Shown here: positions 47,800-59,908 of the stretch, piece after piece
Layout: every line of letters begins with the position of its first letter
Numbering within the stretch: the first letter of the stretch is position 1
From: Cetorhinus maximus
Lineage: Eukaryota
Assembly: GCF_964194155.1 (NCBI RefSeq)
Contig: NC_135891.1
Location: 76,508,001 to 76,572,000, forward strand
Direction: 5' to 3'
DNA length: 64,000 bases
Position numbers and translations under genes: made by a program
Notes under the pieces: model-generated
What the model was told of the DNA's origin: nothing
The model's database searches: none
What the model saw: the letters and a program-made list of their open reading frames with translations, nothing else

Positions 47800-48300
47800 T
47801 CCAGCCTCCATAAAATTCAGCATCTAAAACTCTACTAGTCGTCTGATAATACGCATCAGATCCTGTTAACCCATCACTTCTGTGCTCCCTCACCTAAACA
47901 TGTCCCCAGCTTAAACAATGCCTTGAATTTAAACTTCTCATCCTTGCATTCAAATTGGCCAATTCCTGTCCTCCTCCCCATCTTTCTAACCTCTTCCAGC
48001 CCTACAACCCTCAAAATTGTGTTCTTCTAATTCTGACCTTTTGTGCACCCGCAGTTCCTTCACCTCACCATGCCTTCAGCTATGAAGGCCCCAAATCTCT
48101 GGAATTCCTTCCCTTGGTCTCTCTGCTTTTCCCTCCTCTTTTAAGACTTTCTTCTTTGATTAAGCTTTAGGTCGCTTGTCTTACCATCTCCTTATGTGGT
48201 TTGGTATGAAACATTGTCTGATAATGCCCCTTTAAAGCACCTTAGAATGTTTTACTATGCTAAAGATGTAATGTAAATGAAAGCCGTTGAAGTAGTATTG
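47800..48300 (+). mobile_element. L2 LINE 3' end
   Basis: ccatcacttctgtgctc..ccttcagctat..ctctggaattccttc..aaagcaccttagaatgttttactatgctaaag tail. Confidence 0.65.
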
Positions 48301-48314
48301 TGTAGGTACACTAC

Positions 48315-49046
48315 CTGATTTCGCAGCTTGAAACTGTGTTGTGGAGTTACAAGTGATCTTTTTATAAGTTCACTTTCATCAGCCAGTTCTAAGGAGCCTC
48401 CTAGCATTTTCCTCATTTCCTCTTCATCACTGTCAATTGTGGCCACTCTGGCTGAAGTTCGAGGATATGCATTATGCTGGTCTCTCTTTGAAGATCCCAT
48501 TTCTTTCTTCAGACCCCTGACATTGTACTCCTGCTTTGTAGCAGTATCTGACATTCTCTTCAGGAATCTGCTCCCTTTTCCACTTAACTCACTGCTTGAC
48601 TTGGAGGAAAGTTGCTTCTCATCAGAAATGCGTAAATCCTCATCAGAATCGATTATGTGTGCACTCAGTCTTCTGTTCATGATTTTGTTTTCTATTTGCG
48701 CCAGTCTGGCAAGCACAGCACTGGAGGATCTGACCCACGCCGAGGCAGCATCTGGTCTTCTTGTGTCTTCCTCATTAGCTTTTTTCAACATGCTCTTGCT
48801 CACTGTGGGACTTTGTGACACTGCCAATTTGTTTGGCTTCTTCAAGAACCGACTGCCAGTCAATGGCAGCTCCCTCATGCCTTCTGCTGGGTTTACAGTG
48901 GCTGCAGTTTTTGAATATCGATTCTCTTTCCATTCTCTATCCACTATATCCTCTAATGAAATGTCACTTTGGTCACTGATTTCATGCAAGTTAAATGGAT
49001 TAATCTTCAGGGAATTGCTTTTCTTATAGAGAGTGTTCATATATTC
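48315..49046 (-). CDS. C19orf44: C19orf44 homologue, coding exon 2 (732 bp)
   Basis: ttgcag|GAA TAT; EISDQSDISLED; SRFLKK; SSAVLARLAQIENKIMNRR; GSRFLKR; DSDEEEMRKMLG; CAG|gtagt. Confidence 0.92.
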
Positions 49047-49662
49047 CTGCAAATACAAGAGTGATAATTTAGAAAAAAGGTTGCTATTGTTACCTCAAAG
49101 GGAAAGTGTGTAAATTCAAGGAGGTTCAGCAGTGGAACACACAGTTGATACCTGTAATTCCCAATCTGAATTGAACCAAAGGAAGAGGCTTTGAGATTAA
49201 ATCAGGAGCTTCACTGTAAGGGGGAAGAGGAGGGAAAATAGTTGCAGAGTGGACTATTACGTGCAGTCCAGCAGTGAGATCAATAGCTTGATTGACAGAA
49301 CTTTCTTAGGATACCTGATCCCTCCCTACCAGGAAATGAAGGTAACACTAGGGGTTCTATATATTTTAATTGAGAAAGAAAAGTGCATGTACTTCAGCTT
49401 TGTTGGTAGCTTAGTTAGAAAATGCAAGGCATGGTGGAGTACTGTGGCATGCAAACTTAATTGATCTCAGCTGAAGCAGCTGTTGGAGCCCTACAAAGAA
49501 GGGAGAAGAAAGGTAACAGAAACACAGACAGAAAAATAAATAGAATGACATACAAAGTGCTTATGTGGAGGACAGGAGATAGTTAAATGGTAGAAGTAAT
49601 ATAAGTTTGAGACAATAATGGATATAATGAGAAAAAAATCAAAGAAAGAGAAGACATAAAGG

Positions 49663-50700
49663 TATTACAATTGTGAGGTTTATAAGATTATTAAATTTTG
49701 GGACTGTAGCTTTAAATTTACATTAAATGAAGGGATCATGTGACCTGTCCTGCAGTCTGCCTGATTGTAAGTCTGGGTGGTTTGATTGTTAGGGATCGAT
49801 GGAAGGCTTGGATTGTTTTGCTGAGAAGAAAGTGCAAGATATTTATACTTAGAGACAATGGCAGCAGTCTCTGAGTATACCATGAGTAGACCAAGAATTT
49901 CCCAAAGTCCCAGAAAGTTGGTGTTGGTATTGGGTTGTAAGTAGTTGTGCTGTATATGGTCCATTTACTTCTAAAAATAAAAGGGAGTTAGGGTCAAAGA
50001 TAGCTAATTAGCAATTCTACCTAAATACAATGCTAATGTGTTTCACGTTGCCATAGGAAAGAAGACAGAGGAAGCCACTTTTGAGATAAGGTTACAGGCT
50101 TCCTTACAAATCAATGACTATATCACAGACAGCCAGCAGGTTTGTTTGGGGTGGTCTGCAGCCATCTGAGAGGAAGACATCAGAAGATAAAAGCAGCCAG
50201 TCCTGCACCTGAAGCAGAGAAAATACTGACTATTGTTCACCAAGCAGAACACAGGTGCAAGCTTGCGCTCAGAAGAGAGCGAGTTTGTGAGGATTTAGAG
50301 GAGATTGGAAGACTCAGCTAGCAGGAGTTAGAGGGAAAGAATCTACAGTGTAGCCCTCACAGTGAGAGTCAGTTTTAGAATTAGAACTGGCTGGGAAAAT
50401 AGAAAGGGAGCAAGCCATTGGAAGCTGAAGATTATTCCTTGAGAATGAGGTGTCCACTTAAGGGACAGTGTAACGTTTAACCGCAGCAAGAGATTTTTGT
50501 TCATGCTAAAAATTAACTAGGGAATCTCTTTTCTGTAGTTTAAAGTAAGTAACCTACAAAAAATAGTGTTCAGCCAATCGTGTTTTTTAGTCATTTGTTA
50601 CAGTTTTAAAACCTGAAATCTTGAAGTGTCATTCTTTCAGCTGTTAACTGAAGTTTGAATTTGACTTCAAAAGTTGTTGGTCTCTAGTGAGGTCATAACA
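49663..50700. mobile_element. Solo LTR-like element, copy 2
   Basis: tattacaattgtgaggtttataa...tcataaca; colinear with 32997-33978. Confidence 0.72.
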
Positions 50701-50869
50701 CGAGACACACTTTGTGAATAACTGTAGGGGTTGAGAATAGATATAGAGTAATAGATGGGTGAAAGTAACAAAACCAAAAAGTCAGCAACCCAGGAGCCTG
50801 GTAAGAAAAAAGGAAGTCGCTACTAAGCGTGTCAAAAGGATACATTTTTTTCAAACAATTTTTCATTAC

Positions 50870-50977
50870 CTGCAGTTCATCTCCAGAGTCCTCAAAGCTT
50901 CCAAATATTCTCTGTCCAGAGAGCTGGGCCTGGGCTCTCGCCAGGGCAGAATTCCTCAATCCACCTTTCCTGAACAT
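50870..50977 (-). CDS. C19orf44: C19orf44 homologue, first coding exon
   Basis: tttgtaag|G ATG; MFRKGGLRNSALARAQAQLSGQRIFGSFEDSGDELQ|gtaatg; phase 0 joins the next exon. Confidence 0.8.
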
Positions 50978-51309
50978 CCTTACAAAAACAAAACATAAGG
51001 TCAGGAAAGGAGAGTCACAGAGCAGCATCCTTTCAGTGATAAATCAATAACCATTTGCACAAAACAGATTCTCAGTCCCCTCTTGCAACCCCACTTTCAA
51101 AACAGACCCTCTGCACCCCCAGTTGTAAGGGATGCTTGCTAGCAATAAGTGGTTTTATTTCTATACATCAGAATTTAACTGAAAATGCAAAGAAGATTTC
51201 CTCAAGGTTTCCTGAGTAAATTCAACTTGCCTGGGCTGAGCTGGAGCAATGAGGAGGGCATGGTCTTAACCAAGACAACAGCATTGATCACAGTATCATA
51301 ACCTCTACA

Positions 51310-52260
51310 GGTTGTTGTCAAGGTCTTGCTGCATGTGGGCTAGGACTGCTTCTATGGAGTTGTAAATGGTACTGAACACTGTACAATGTCACCAACATCC
51401 CCATACCTTATGATGGAGGGAAAGGACATTGATGAAGCAGTTGAAGATGGTTGGGCCCCTGAGGAACTCCTGCAGCGAAGTCCTGGGGATGAGATGATTG
51501 GCTCCCAACAACTACAACCTTTCCCTTTGTTCTCGGTACGACTCCAACGAGTAGAGTTTTCCCACAAATTCCCATTGATTTCAGTTTTGCTAAGGCTCCT
51601 TGATGCCACGCTCAGTCAAATGCTGCTTGATGTCAGGGAAAAATCACTCTCACATCACTTCTGGAATTCAGCTCTTTGTCCATGTTTGGGCCAAAACTAT
51701 AATGATGTTGAGAGGAGATTGGCCCCATCAGAACCCAACCTGACTACTGGTGAGCAGGTTATCACTGAGTAAGTGTTCCTTGATAACGCTGTCAATGACA
51801 CTTCCTATCATCTTGTTAATGATAGAGAGTAGACCGATGGGTGGTAATTGGCCAGTTTGTCCTGTTTTTTGTGGACAGGACATGCCCGGACAATTTTCTA
51901 CATTGCCAGGTAGATGCCAGTGTCCTAGCTGTTCTGGAACAGCTTTGCTAGGGGGGGCAGCAAGTTCTGGAGCACAAGTCTTCAGTACTATTGCTGGAAT
52001 ATTGCGAGGGTCCACAGCTTTTGCAGTATCCAATGCCTTCAGATGTTTCTTGATATCACATGGAGTGAATCAAATTGGCTGAAGGCTGAATTCTGTGATG
52101 TAGGGGACCTCAGGAGGAGCTGGGATCAAGCTGAACATGGTTGCAAATGTTTCAGCCTTGTCTTTTAAACTGAAGTCCGAGGCTCCCCATCATCGCTGGA
52201 TATGGCAGGACTGCAGAGCTTTGACCGAATCCATTGGTTGTGGGGTTATGTTCTACATGC
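51310..52260 (-). mobile_element. CR1-group LINE (family A) RT fragment
   Basis: DTAKAVDPRNIPAIVLKTCAPELAAP; PIGLLSIINKM. Confidence 0.85.
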
Positions 52261-52332
52261 TGAAATGCAATTGAGTGACACTTATAATCAAAAAAGTTGA
52301 GACCAACAAACATACAGAATTACTAATAACAG

Positions 52333-52760
52333 TGTCAGCTGTGACTCAGTGGGTAGCACTCTCACCTGAGTCAGGCGGGTGTGGGTGCACAAAAATCTAC
52401 GTTAACACTCCTATGCAGTCCTGAGGGAGTGCTGGAGTATTACCTTTTGGATGAGATGTTAAACTGAGGCCAAGTCCGTCCTCTCAGGTGGACGTAAAAG
52501 ATCCCATGGCATGATTTCAAAGAAAAGCAGGAGAGTTACACTGGTGTCCTGGCCAATATTTCTCTCTCAATCAACATCACAAAAACTGATTATCTGGTCA
52601 TCATGTTGCTGTTTGTGGGATCTTGTTGTGTGCCAATTGGCTGCCACCTCTCCTGCATTACAACAGTGACTAGACTTCAAAATACTTCATTGACTGTAAA
52701 ATACTTTGGGGCATCCGGTGGTCGTGAAAGGCACCATATAAATGCAAGTCTATGCCTTTG
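52333..52760 (+). mobile_element. DeuSINE-type (SacSINE1-like) SINE
   Basis: gtcagctgtgactcagtgggtagcactc head; ctctcaggtggacgtaaaagatcccatggc..gtcctggccaatatt core; tail gaaaggcaccatataaatgcaag. Confidence 0.88.
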
Positions 52761-53039
52761 AAAAAAACACTGCAGGTAGCAGAAATCTGAAACAGAAAGT
52801 GCTGGGAGCACACAGATTATCAGCTAGTCTATATGGAGAGGCTGTAGGTGGAAATGTTCAGCAGAATGGGTTTGTATTGGGTGGGGAACCTTTCACCTTC
52901 CTGCCCTCTCCACAAACACTGACCCGCGGTGTGTCTGTGTTTCAAGCAAATGAGAAATAAACTCCTCACACTTACTTTTAATCTAACAAAACGGCCCAAA
53001 CTGTTAAAGCAGAATCGGGTAATGTCTGATTGCAACTGT

Positions 53040-53230
53040 TACCAACCTACCGCTCCGGGCCACACTTCCGGTGTTGCCTAGTTACCCGGTGCTGCCCGTT
53101 ACAGGTCCGGGTCCTGGTGTTGCCCGGTTACGGGTCCGGGTCCCGGTGTTGCCTGCTTTTCATTCCGGGCCGTCCCACCTGCTCCATTGGCGCGAAAAAG
53201 AGCCACACCTTGGATCTGGCTCCGGCACTC
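53040..53230 (-). promoter_or_regulatory. C19orf44: C19orf44 CpG-rich promoter and probable non-coding exon 1 (donor after 53051)
   Basis: Locally CpG-dense; minus-strand donor GCG|gtaggt; ETS-like CACTTCCGG at 53063; X-box-like motifs at 53073 and 53119; CCAAT plus E2F-like GCGCGAAA at 53186-53197. Confidence 0.7.
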
Positions 53231-53421
53231 AGTAAATATTACCTTAAATAGTTTTGGTTACAATAATCGTTGGAGAAAATATTGCCTTATTAAAAAAGAG
53301 CGCTACTCTTAGTGTTATAAAAGGGACATGTTATCCTTTGGCTGATGAACTCGTAGTCTGCTATGATCACAAGATAATTATAGTTGAAGAGAGCCATTTC
53401 ATCTCACAAGTCCCATTCTTC

Positions 53422-53604
53422 TAGAGTGACCAGATTTTCAAAGCCTAAAACTGGGACAGATTGTAAAACCTTGGGAAGGCGGAGCTCCTGGATGATTGAC
53501 GTGTTGGACGACCAATGGCAGGACTCTGGGGGAGGGGCGGGTGAAGGTAGGGGGTCATGTAACGACATCTCCCGGAGTCTGTCCAGCCAGAGTTAACAAC
53601 CCTA
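53422..53604. mobile_element. Small hAT-like MITE (TAGGGTGACC-type ends)
   Basis: tagagtgaccaga ... ttaacaacccta inverted ends; no clean TSD. Confidence 0.5.
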
Positions 53605-55324
53605 AGAAGACACCCAATTATTAAAGATAGCAGTTATAAACAGCAGACCTTTATCTCAATGCCACTTCGACATTATTTCCTTCATAAAAACTGAACCAAG
53701 GCTTCGTTTGTCACAAGATGCTAGCCTTTGTCCTATTCTAGTTTTGGATTTTGCCATCCTCTGAACTATCTTGTCTGCTTTTATAAGGTCACTTCTCAGA
53801 AGGCTGCTTTCCAGGATGAAAAACTTGCGTTTTTCTATTTTTTCCTCATGGCTTAAGAACCTTGACAATGTCATAATCTGTCTCATTTTAAGTAGAATGT
53901 AAAGTGCAGATACAGGCCATACAGCCCAAATGGTCCATGAGGGTTTATGCTCCACATGAGTCTCTTTTGATCCCTCTTCATCTGACCTGTTCAGCATAGT
54001 CTACTTTCCTTTCTCCCTCGTGTGTTCATCTAGCTGTCACTTATGATAGCAATTCCTTATGCTAGCAACTTATATTCTAACTACTCTCTGGGTAAAGAAG
54101 TTTCTCCAAAATTCCCTGTTGGATTTATTAGTAATTATCGTATATTTACAGCCCCAATTTTGGCTTCTACCACACTTGGAAAGATCTCCTCTGTGTCTAC
54201 CCTATCAAACCCTCCCATAATGTTAAATACCAATATATGGCCACTCCCCCACCCCAAGTCTTCTCCTTTCTAGAGAAAAGAGTGCCAGTGTTCAATCTTT
54301 CCTGATGGGTATAACCTCTCTATTATAGATATGATGATCATCTGTTTGACAGTTCAAAACTCTGTCAAATGCATTAGAGATTTCCAGGCAAATTGCAAAT
54401 GGATCATAGTGTTCAAAAACATAGTTTTGGAGATGCATAACCTTGACAAGATTTGCCATTTGAACAGCCACAAAAAACAAATATAAACTTTCAAGGCAAT
54501 GGGTAATTTGAGAGTTAGCAGCTTCTGTAACTTTAGAAAATACAGGCATTAGGATAATAAGGCAGTAGTTAGAAGGGTTAAAAAAAGATTGACTGACTTG
54601 GATTTAGGAGTAAATTTCCGAATGATAAGGTAACCTTGGAATAGGTAACACTAAATTGCTGGTATTAGGTTTACATTCCCACTTTCTCACGACAGAGATC
54701 ACAACAGGGTTAGATTTTTTTTGTCAAGAATGGAGGTTCTAAAAGGTATGGGAAGAGTTAAAACTTAGTAGTTTAATGGTCAAATAAAATTGTTTCTTGC
54801 CAAGCTCAAGATTAGAATCAGAAGAGAAAGGTGAGCTCAAAGGGTCAGGTTTCTCTGCAAGAAATAGCAACTTAAACAACACGATGAGAGGTGGAAAAGA
54901 ACGTTCAGCTGACTGTTTTTGAACAAGATTGCTGGGAGGGGATAGTTAGAAAGATAGTGTATGATTATTTATTTTCAGCAGTATTACATAAAACATTCTG
55001 CTCACCGGTATACAAAAGTTCCAAGCAGATTCAGGGTTGAAATGTTTTATGAAAATGATTAGTATGATAGGCAGCATTTCTGCATGTAACAATGCCATAT
55101 TTGATGGTCAGTGAAGATAAGTTATAGAACATTCTGTAACCATGTAATGTGAGCAATACAGGCTTGCAAGTCATGTGGGATTTCAAATCAGTTGTACCTG
55201 GGGTGGACCATGCACAGGTTGGGTTATGGCCTGACTGCAAAAATTATCCGTCAGTTCAATTCAAACAATCTTTAAAACTCCCAAAATTCTTCTCTAGATT
55301 TTCACCTGTCTTGAGGCATCTTTT

Positions 55325-57190
55325 TTTTATTAGTTCATGGGATGTGGGTATTAGTCGCTAGGCCAGCATTTATTGCCCATCCCTAATTGCCCTTGAGAAG
55401 GTAGTGATGTGCTGCCTTTTTGAAACACTGCAGTCCATGTGGTGTAGGTACACCCACAGTGCTGTTCAGATGGAGTTCCAGGATTTTGGCCCAACTACAG
55501 TGAAGGAATGGCAATATATTTCCAGGTCAGGATGGGGAATGGCTTGGAGGAGAACTTGCAGGTAGTTGTGTTCCCCATCTGTCTACTGTCCTTGTCCTTC
55601 TATGTGGTAGTGGTTGTGGGTTTGGAAGGTGCTGTCTAAGGAGCCTTGGTGAGTTGCCTCAGCGCATCTTGTAGATGGTACACACTGCTGCCATTGTACT
55701 TCAGTGGATGGGGTGCTAATCAAGTGGGCTGCTTTGTTCTGGATGGTGTCAAGCTTCTTGAGTGTTGTTGGAGCTGCAGTCATCCAGGCAAGTGGAGAGT
55801 ATTCCATCACATTCCTGACTTGTGCCTTATAGATGGTGAACAGGCTTTGGCGAGTCATGGGGTGAGTTACTCACAGCTGGATTCCTAGCCTCTGACCTGC
55901 GCTTGTAGCCAAAGTATTTATATGGCTAGTCCAGTTCAGTTTCTGGTCAATGGTAACCTCCAGGATGTTGATAGTGGGGGATTCAGCAATGGTAATGTCA
56001 TTGAATGTTCAAGGGGCGATGGTTGGATTCTCTCTTGTTGGAGATGGTCATTACCTGGCACTTGTGTGGCATGAATATTACTTGCCACTTGTCAGCCCAA
56101 GCCTGGATATTGACCAGGTCTTGCGTAATTCGGAGATGAGCTGCTTCAATATCTGAGGAGTCGTGAATGGTGCTGAACATTGTGCAATCATCAGCGAACA
56201 TCCCCACTTCTGACCTTCTGATGGAAGGAAGGTCATTGATGAAGCAGCTGAAGACATTTGGGCCTAGGACACAACCCTGAGGAACTCCTGCAGTGATGCC
56301 CTGGAACACAGATGATTGACCAACAACCACAACCATCTTCCTTTGTGCTGAGTATGATTCCAACCAGTGGAGTGTTTTCCCCCTATTCCCATTGACCCTA
56401 GTTTTGCTAGGGCTCCTTGATGCCACACTCAATCAAATGTGGCCTTGATGTCAAGGGCAGTCACTCTCACCACACCTCTGGAGTTCAGCTCTTTTGTTCA
56501 TGTTAGAACCAACGCTGTATTGAAGTCAGGAGCTGAGTGGCCCTGGAAGAACCCAAACTGAACATCAGTGAACATGTTATTGCTAAACAAGTGCCGCTTG
56601 AAAGCACTGCTGATGACCCCTTCCATCACTTTATTGATGTAGGAGAGTAGACTAATGGGGCGGTAATTGATTGGGATGGATTTGTCCTGCTTTTTGTGGA
56701 GAGGGCATACCTAGGTACTTTTGCACATAGCCAAGTAGATGCCAGTGTTGTAGCTGCACTGGAACAGCTTAGCTTGGGGCACGGCAAGTTCTGGAGCACA
56801 AGTCTTCAGTACTATTGCCGGAACATTGTCAGGGCCCATGGCCTTTGCTGTATCCGGTACCTTCAGCCATTTCTTGATATCAAGTGGAGTGAATCGAATT
56901 GGCTGAAGACTGGTATCTGTGATGCTGGGGACCTCCAGAGGAGGCCGAGATGGATCATCCACTTGGTACTTCTGGCCGAAGATTGTTGCAAATACTTCAC
57001 CCTTTTCTTTTGCACTGATGTGCTGGGCTCCCCCATCATTGAGAATGGGGATATTTGTGGACCGTCCTCTTCCAGTCCACCACCATTCACAACTGGGTGT
57101 GGCAGGGCTGCATAGCTTAGTTCTGATTGGTTGGTTGTGGAATCGCTTAGCTCTGTCTGTCACTTGCTGCTTATGCTGTTTGGCCTCCCT
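55325..57190 (-). mobile_element. CR1-group LINE (family A), about 1.9 kb, RT to 3' end
   Basis: AKAMGPDNVPAIVLKTCAPELA; AGVPQGCVLGP; MFADDCTMF; YKAQVRNVMEYSPLAW. Confidence 0.92.
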
Positions 57191-57754
57191 AACAGCACTG
57201 TGTGTGTAACTGCACCAGATGAACTGCAGCAGTTCAGGAAGGCAGCTCACCACTTTCTCAAGCACAATTGGAGATGGGCAACAAATGCTGGGCTTGCTTG
57301 TGACGCTGTCATCCTATGAAAGAAAAAAAATGCTGCTGAATTGTTACCGTGTCTCCCAAAACAGTAGTGCAAGAATACTTATGCCTGAACTTCAGCAGAC
57401 GTTCTCTCCATCTCTTGTTGTAATTGTAAAATATGGCCCCTCTTCCCCTGGGCAATGGATAAAAATTGCCATTTACTATTCTCCCCAGAAGTTCTGCCAA
57501 AGTTACATCAGGAGATTGGCAGAACTCAGGAAATTCTGCTCCCAACAAGTGGTCTGTATTGGTGGACGCCTGGATGGTAGTACTCATTGTCAGTTATGAA
57601 GATCTGATCAAGTGTTAAACTTGTCCACCATTGTTGCATGACCTGCTGAGAGTTTCTAGCATTTTCTGATTATATTTACGATTTTCCTCACCTGCGTTTA
57701 TTTTGATCAATGATTGATTATCTTGACATGTGAACAGCAGATGAATGTGGGTTA

Positions 57755-58310
57755 GAATATAGAATGGTTACAGCACAGAAGTAGGCCATTTGGCTTGTGG
57801 TGTTAGTGTAGGCTCTATGCAATGGCAACTCACCTTGTCCCACTTCTTCTGCCCTTTCCCCATAGCCCTGCAATTTTTTCCCTTCAGGTGATCCATTTCC
57901 ATTTTGAAAGTCACAATTGAATTTGCCTTCACCATCCTCTCAGACAGTACATTCCAGATTCACTGTGTAAAACGGTTTTTCATGGTGCCACTGGTTCTTT
58001 TGTCATTCACCTTACATCAATATCCTGTGGTTCTCAACTATTCTGCCAATGGGAACAGTTTTTCTCTACCTAATCTGTCCAGACCCCTCATGATTTTGAA
58101 CACCTCTATCAAGTCTGCTCTCAATCTTTTCTAAGGAGAACAAGCCCAGCTTCTCCAATCTATCCACATAACTGAAGTCCCATATCTCTGGAATCATTCT
58201 TGTAAATCTTTTCTGCATCCTCTCTAAAACCTTCACATGCTTCCTGAGCATGGTCCCCAGAATTGTACACAATACGTTGGTTGAGGCCGAACCAGTGTTA
58301 TATGAAGGTT
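57755..58310 (-). mobile_element. CR1 LINE (family B) 3' end
   Basis: VLERMQKRFTRMIP..SYVDRLEKLGLFSLE. Confidence 0.85.
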
Positions 58311-59519
58311 TGGCCTCAGTGTGTACAATTCTGGGCATCATGTTTTAGAAAAGATGTGACGGCTTGGGTGCAAAAAGATTTATGAGAATTATTCTATCAT
58401 AACATAAAATAGGCTAAAGACTAGCCTAATGATTAAGAAATACTTGAAAAATTAGATATTTTGGTTAAAACACAAATTATGGGGCAATATGAAAAAGGTT
58501 TAAAAAAAAATTTATGAAATGAATGGGTGAGGTGCATGGAAGCTGAGTGATCCAGTAGTTGGTTCAAGAACAAGTGGCTGAAGATATAAAGTTAAGCATA
58601 GGAGGCAGCCATTCAGCCCATCATCGCTGTGCTATCCAGTTGGCTGGAGCATGCATTATGACTTCCACGTGCCCTCCCATTGATGTCAAAATGGGGTCCT
58701 TTCATTTATACTGAATGGTTCTATTAATACAACTGAATATCCTGTTAGCAATAGCTACCGTTTCTCTACATTGGTCATGACCCTTCAGTGACCTTTTTCT
58801 TTCTCAACCCGTCTCAATATTATTCCTTATATGTGTATTGAACCCTGCCAATTTCTGCAAGACAGTACATGTATTTAAACTCATGCCATTCCTCTAGCAC
58901 ATCTAAACCGTCTTACTTTAGATTGCGCTGTCTTAACAATAACTTGTTTATAAAGCACCTTTAACAAAGTAACTCCTCCCAAGATGTCATCTGCAAATTT
59001 ACTGACCATATTCTCAACACCACTGTCCAGATCATTAATAAAAAACAGGGAATAGCAGCAAGACCTCCCCCAAAAATAAATTAGATTAGTCAGATGTGAC
59101 TGTGTATAAATTCACGTTCTGATCAGCCCAAATTTGTTCAAGTGTTTAGTCACTCTATCCCATCAGAATCGGGCGTCTCTATAAAGTCGAGATCAGGAAC
59201 ATCAATAGGTTTGAACCTGCATTCCATTGTCCTGTGAACTACACTCGGTTCTTAATCAAATTGTTTGTGATTTATTTAGCACTGAATTTGCTACTTGATA
59301 CATTGCCCAATTCAAATGATTTGAATACAGATTTTAGCACTAGACTAATACATTGCTCAGTTCAATGTATGGACACATATAGTGAAGATCCAATGTACTT
59401 CGGCTACCCGGATAAGTATACTCTTTTTACTATTTTAAATTTAATTTAAATAAAATTAATTTAAATTAGCCGGCCTGAATTGCTCAATAATCCATTCTCA
59501 AGTAAATTTCTATGGTTTG

Positions 59520-59823
59520 GCCATTCTGGTGTGTATAAAAAAAACGACCAAACGTGTTCAGAGAAGTGCAGAAAAGTCTTGTTGGTCTGAAACAGAAAGT
59601 GCTGCCTGGCACCATCCAGGAACTGGAAAGACGGAAAAACGTGTTTGGAGCTGATTTGCGGGGCTGCTGCTGACTGTGGCCAATGGTTTGAAGCCGTGTG
59701 GAGAGAAGGGGTTGACCTAGACTGTCCAAGCCGGGAGTCAGCGCTCTTGTTGCCGCTACCGTCGCCGCTGTTTTGGGCTGTCCTTGCCGATCACATCCAT
59801 CCGCCAGCCTGGTACTAACAGAG
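59520..59823 (+). promoter_or_regulatory. Calreticulin promoter / 5' UTR, CpG-enriched, with CCAAT and ERSE-like motifs
   Basis: CpG-rich; CCAAT at 59680; CCAAT-N9-CCGTG at 59680-59698; reverse CAAAT-N9-ACACG at 59640-59658. Confidence 0.55.
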
Positions 59824-59908
59824 ATGCTGCTGCCGCTCCTGCTGCTCTGCTCTGTGGCCGGCATTGCCCAGTCCACTGTCTACTTCACCGAGCAATTCGC
59901 AGACGGAG
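59824..59908 (+). CDS. CALR3: Calreticulin family exon 1 (signal peptide and N-domain start); CALR3 by synteny; the rest of the gene is not seen in the window
   Basis: MLLPLLLLCSVAGIAQSTVYFTEQFADG G|gtgag; the VYF.EQF.DG motif and phase-1 donor match calreticulin exon 1; head-to-head with C19orf44 as in human. Confidence 0.8.

Noticed and set aside
48328-49029. 233-aa plus-strand ORF
   Set aside because: Antisense shadow of the large C19orf44 exon; similar shadows at 43232-43414, 45274-45702 and 3851-4057
55325-57265. Possible active or domesticated reverse transcriptase gene
   Set aside because: All RT-like ORFs in the window are short, frameshifted and truncated LINE remnants
59484-59876. 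130-aa minus-strand ORF over the calreticulin promoter
   Set aside because: GC-rich antisense frame with no recognisable domain or splice support
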